DNA from: Haliea sp.
GTDB lineage: Bacteria > Pseudomonadota > Gammaproteobacteria > Pseudomonadales > Halieaceae
Reading direction: 5' to 3'
Assembly: GCA_002692965.1 (NCBI GenBank)
Contig: NZNC01000011.1
Coordinates: 39,330 to 103,329, forward strand
DNA length: 64,000 nucleotides
The position numbers and the translations under genes were made by a program. The notes under the pieces were generated by a model that was not told where the DNA came from, did not search any database, and saw only the letters and a list, made by a program, of their open reading frames with translations. Positions 62,181 to 64,000 of the stretch are shown here, one piece after another; positions within the stretch are counted from its first letter, which is position 1, and each line of letters opens with the position of its first letter.

Positions 62181-62977
62181 GCTTGAGTGTCCTCAAGCTG
62201 TCGGGTGGTGAATTCGCGATACTGGCCAATCATCGCCTTGACCTCCTGAACGTAGTCCTCCCGGCGCTCGGAATAGTAGAGCAGGCCGTCGGCGAGAAAC
62301 CGCGCGGACAGCGCGACGTCGCGGTCGCGCTGGCGCGCGCGCAGCTCGCGGAAAGCCCGGTACCTGGGGTGCGTGTTCAGGTTGTGCATGTAACTGGCGA
62401 TAGCGTCACTCACCGAAGCATAGACGCGGAGCTCGTGGCGCTTCCCCGTGCCGCGGGCCAGCGGCACCAGACCGCAACCGGGCTCAAAACACCAGTGGCC
62501 GAAGAGGTTGTTGGCCTTGACCGCGAAACGCGAACGCCCCCAGGCTGACTCCTTGGCCGCCTGCACCAGGGCCAGCTCCAGGGGGACCACATCGACACGT
62601 TGCAGCAGGATCTCCAGCTGCTCCGCAACCGTCAGCTCCTCGGGCACTGCATAGGTCTCGGCGAGACGCCGCACCCGCCAGCGATCCAGCAGATTGAGTT
62701 GCTCCCCGAGCTGCTGTTTGTCAGCCAGAGCCAGCAGGGAGCGGCGCTCCTCGCGCAACCGGTCGTTCTGCTCGCGTACAATCGGCGTCAGGTAGTCATA
62801 GAAGGCCTGTTTCAGTTCCGGCACCTGGTCGTAGCGCGAGAAGTCCGGCAGGGGACGTGAATCCGCTGCGAAAAACCACCAACCGAAGAGGAACAGCACG
62901 ACCACCCCACCGACTGCGACCATCGGTTTGTCGCGCAGTGCGGCCGCGATTGTCGTACCTGAAAGCCTGTTAAACAT
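62177..62977 (-). CDS. Bax-like glucosaminidase-domain protein
   Basis: 266-aa ORF with an N-terminal TM segment and AAKESAWGRSRFAVKANNLFG (mannosyl-glycoprotein endo-beta-N-acetylglucosaminidase motif). There is a 4-nt overlap with the deacetylase start. Confidence 0.75.
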   Translation of the reverse strand: MFNRLSGTTIAAALRDKPMVAVGGVVVLFLFGWWFFAADSRPLPDFSRYDQVPELKQAFYDYLTPIVREQNDRLREERRSLLALADKQQLGEQLNLLDRWRVRRLAETYAVPEELTVAEQLEILLQRVDVVPLELALVQAAKESAWGRSRFAVKANNLFGHWCFEPGCGLVPLARGTGKRHELRVYASVSDAIASYMHNLNTHPRYRAFRELRARQRDRDVALSARFLADGLLYYSERREDYVQEVKAMIGQYREFTTRQLEDTQA

Positions 62978-63182
62978 CCTGCTGACTGCCTGTTGACTCC
63001 ACGTCTGCCGTTTTAGCTGAACACAACTTTAACATGATATCCCGGCGGAATCGCGGCATGCCCAGGAACTGACCGGGCCGAGAGCAAGGGCGCGGCCACC
63101 GGGGACGCCGGCAGAAAATCCGGGACAGGTGCGTTATACTGGTGCGCTTCCCACACTCGAGAAAACACAGGAAGGTTACCCC

Positions 63183-64000
63183 GTGGAAATTTTTGACGAG
63201 TACGAATCCGAGGTTCGAGGCTACATCCGCTCATTCCCCACCGTGTTTGACAAGGCGATGGGCTCCGAACTGTTTGACGAGGACGGCAAGCGCTACATCG
63301 ACTTCTTTGCCGGTGCCGGTACCCTGAATTACGGCCACAATCCCGAAGAGGCTGTGGAAGCTCAGATCCAGTACCTCAAGGACCGCCGTATTGCCCACGG
63401 CCTGGACAAGGCCACCGTGGCCAAGAAGGAGTTTCTCGAAACCTTCATCGAGAAGATCCTCGAGCCGCGCAAGATGACCTATAAGCTGCAGTTCACCGGC
63501 CCCACGGGCACCAACTGCACCGAGGCCGCCATGAAGCTGGCCCGTCAGGCCACGGGTCGCAACAATATCATCGCCTTTACCAACGCCTATCATGGCCACA
63601 CCATGGGCGCTCTCGCGGTCACCGGCAACGAAGCCTACCGCGACGAATCCTACGGTGCCCGGGGTGCGGTGAGCTTCATGCCCTTCGACGGCTTCCTCGG
63701 CGACATCGACACCCTCTATGTCTTTGAGCGCTACCTGGAGGACAAAGGCTCGGGTATGGAAAAACCCGCAGCAGTCATTCTGGAGACGGTCCAGGGGGAA
63801 GGGGGCATCAATGTCGCCTCCAGCGAGTGGTTGCAGGGCCTCGAGAAGCTCTGCCGCAAGCACGATATCCTGTTGATCGTCGATGACATCCAGTCCGGCA
63901 ATGGCCGCACCGGGGAGTTCTTCTCCTTCGAGAAGTCCGGCATCAAACCCGACCTGGTCTGCCTGTCGAAATCGATTGGCGGCGGCAACCCGATGGCCCT
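63183..64000 (+). CDS. Diaminobutyrate--2-oxoglutarate transaminase (EctB/Dat/PvdH family), N-terminal about 272 codons; runs off the right window edge
   Basis: Absent from the ORF track because no stop lies inside the window. Hand translation from GTG 63183 (AGGAAGG RBS) gives [53 protein letters not shown] ... [13 protein letters not shown] ... [19 protein letters not shown] ... CLSKSIGG. It closely resembles Halomonas EctB as I recall it. Confidence 0.85.
   Translation, partial: MEIFDEYESEVRGYIRSFPTVFDKAMGSELFDEDGKRYIDFFAGAGTLNYGHNPEEAVEAQIQYLKDRRIAHGLDKATVAKKEFLETFIEKILEPRKMTYKLQFTGPTGTNCTEAAMKLARQATGRNNIIAFTNAYHGHTMGALAVTGNEAYRDESYGARGAVSFMPFDGFLGDIDTLYVFERYLEDKGSGMEKPAAVILETVQGEGGINVASSEWLQGLEKLCRKHDILLIVDDIQSGNGRTGEFFSFEKSGIKPDLVCLSKSIGGGNPMA

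Noticed and set aside
63231-63863. 210-aa minus-strand ORF.
   Set aside because: It is antisense to the EctB-like gene, which has strong family motifs in the plus frame.

Overview
This is a high-GC gammaproteobacterial chromosomal segment; hand counts on sample 60-nt lines give mostly 60-70 % GC. Core synteny resembles what I recall for Pseudomonas: alaS-csrA-tRNA-Ser, then der-bamB-yfgM-hisS-ispG-rodZ-pilW-rlmN-ndk-iscS-iscR-trmJ/suhB-secFD, then purL / mltF / tadA / katG. I call 49 protein-coding genes, one tRNA-Ser(GCU), and a handful of hairpins, palindromes and one long inverted repeat. Most of the window is housekeeping or ordinary accessory transport and metabolism: two TonB-dependent receptors, a TetR-MFP-RND efflux cassette, a GntR-ABC cluster, isocitrate lyase, PEP synthase and catalase-peroxidase. 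The only candidate for a poorly described system is at the extreme left edge. It is a minus-strand operon encoding a DUF499 (BrxC/PglY-like) P-loop ATPase, a small DUF3780-like protein and a DUF1156/COG1743 Zn-ribbon DNA methyltransferase. This gene association was predicted by comparative genomics as an RM/BREX-related defence module, but to my knowledge it has not been mechanistically characterised. The window edge truncates it, and the methylase gene is about 10 GC points lower than its two partners. Two edge-truncated genes are absent from the supplied ORF track and were recovered by hand translation: the methylase at 1-1572 and an EctB-like aminotransferase at 63183-64000. Many long ORFs in the track are antisense shadow ORFs typical of high-GC DNA and are rejected. 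I recognised no CRISPR array, integrase, transposase or prophage gene.
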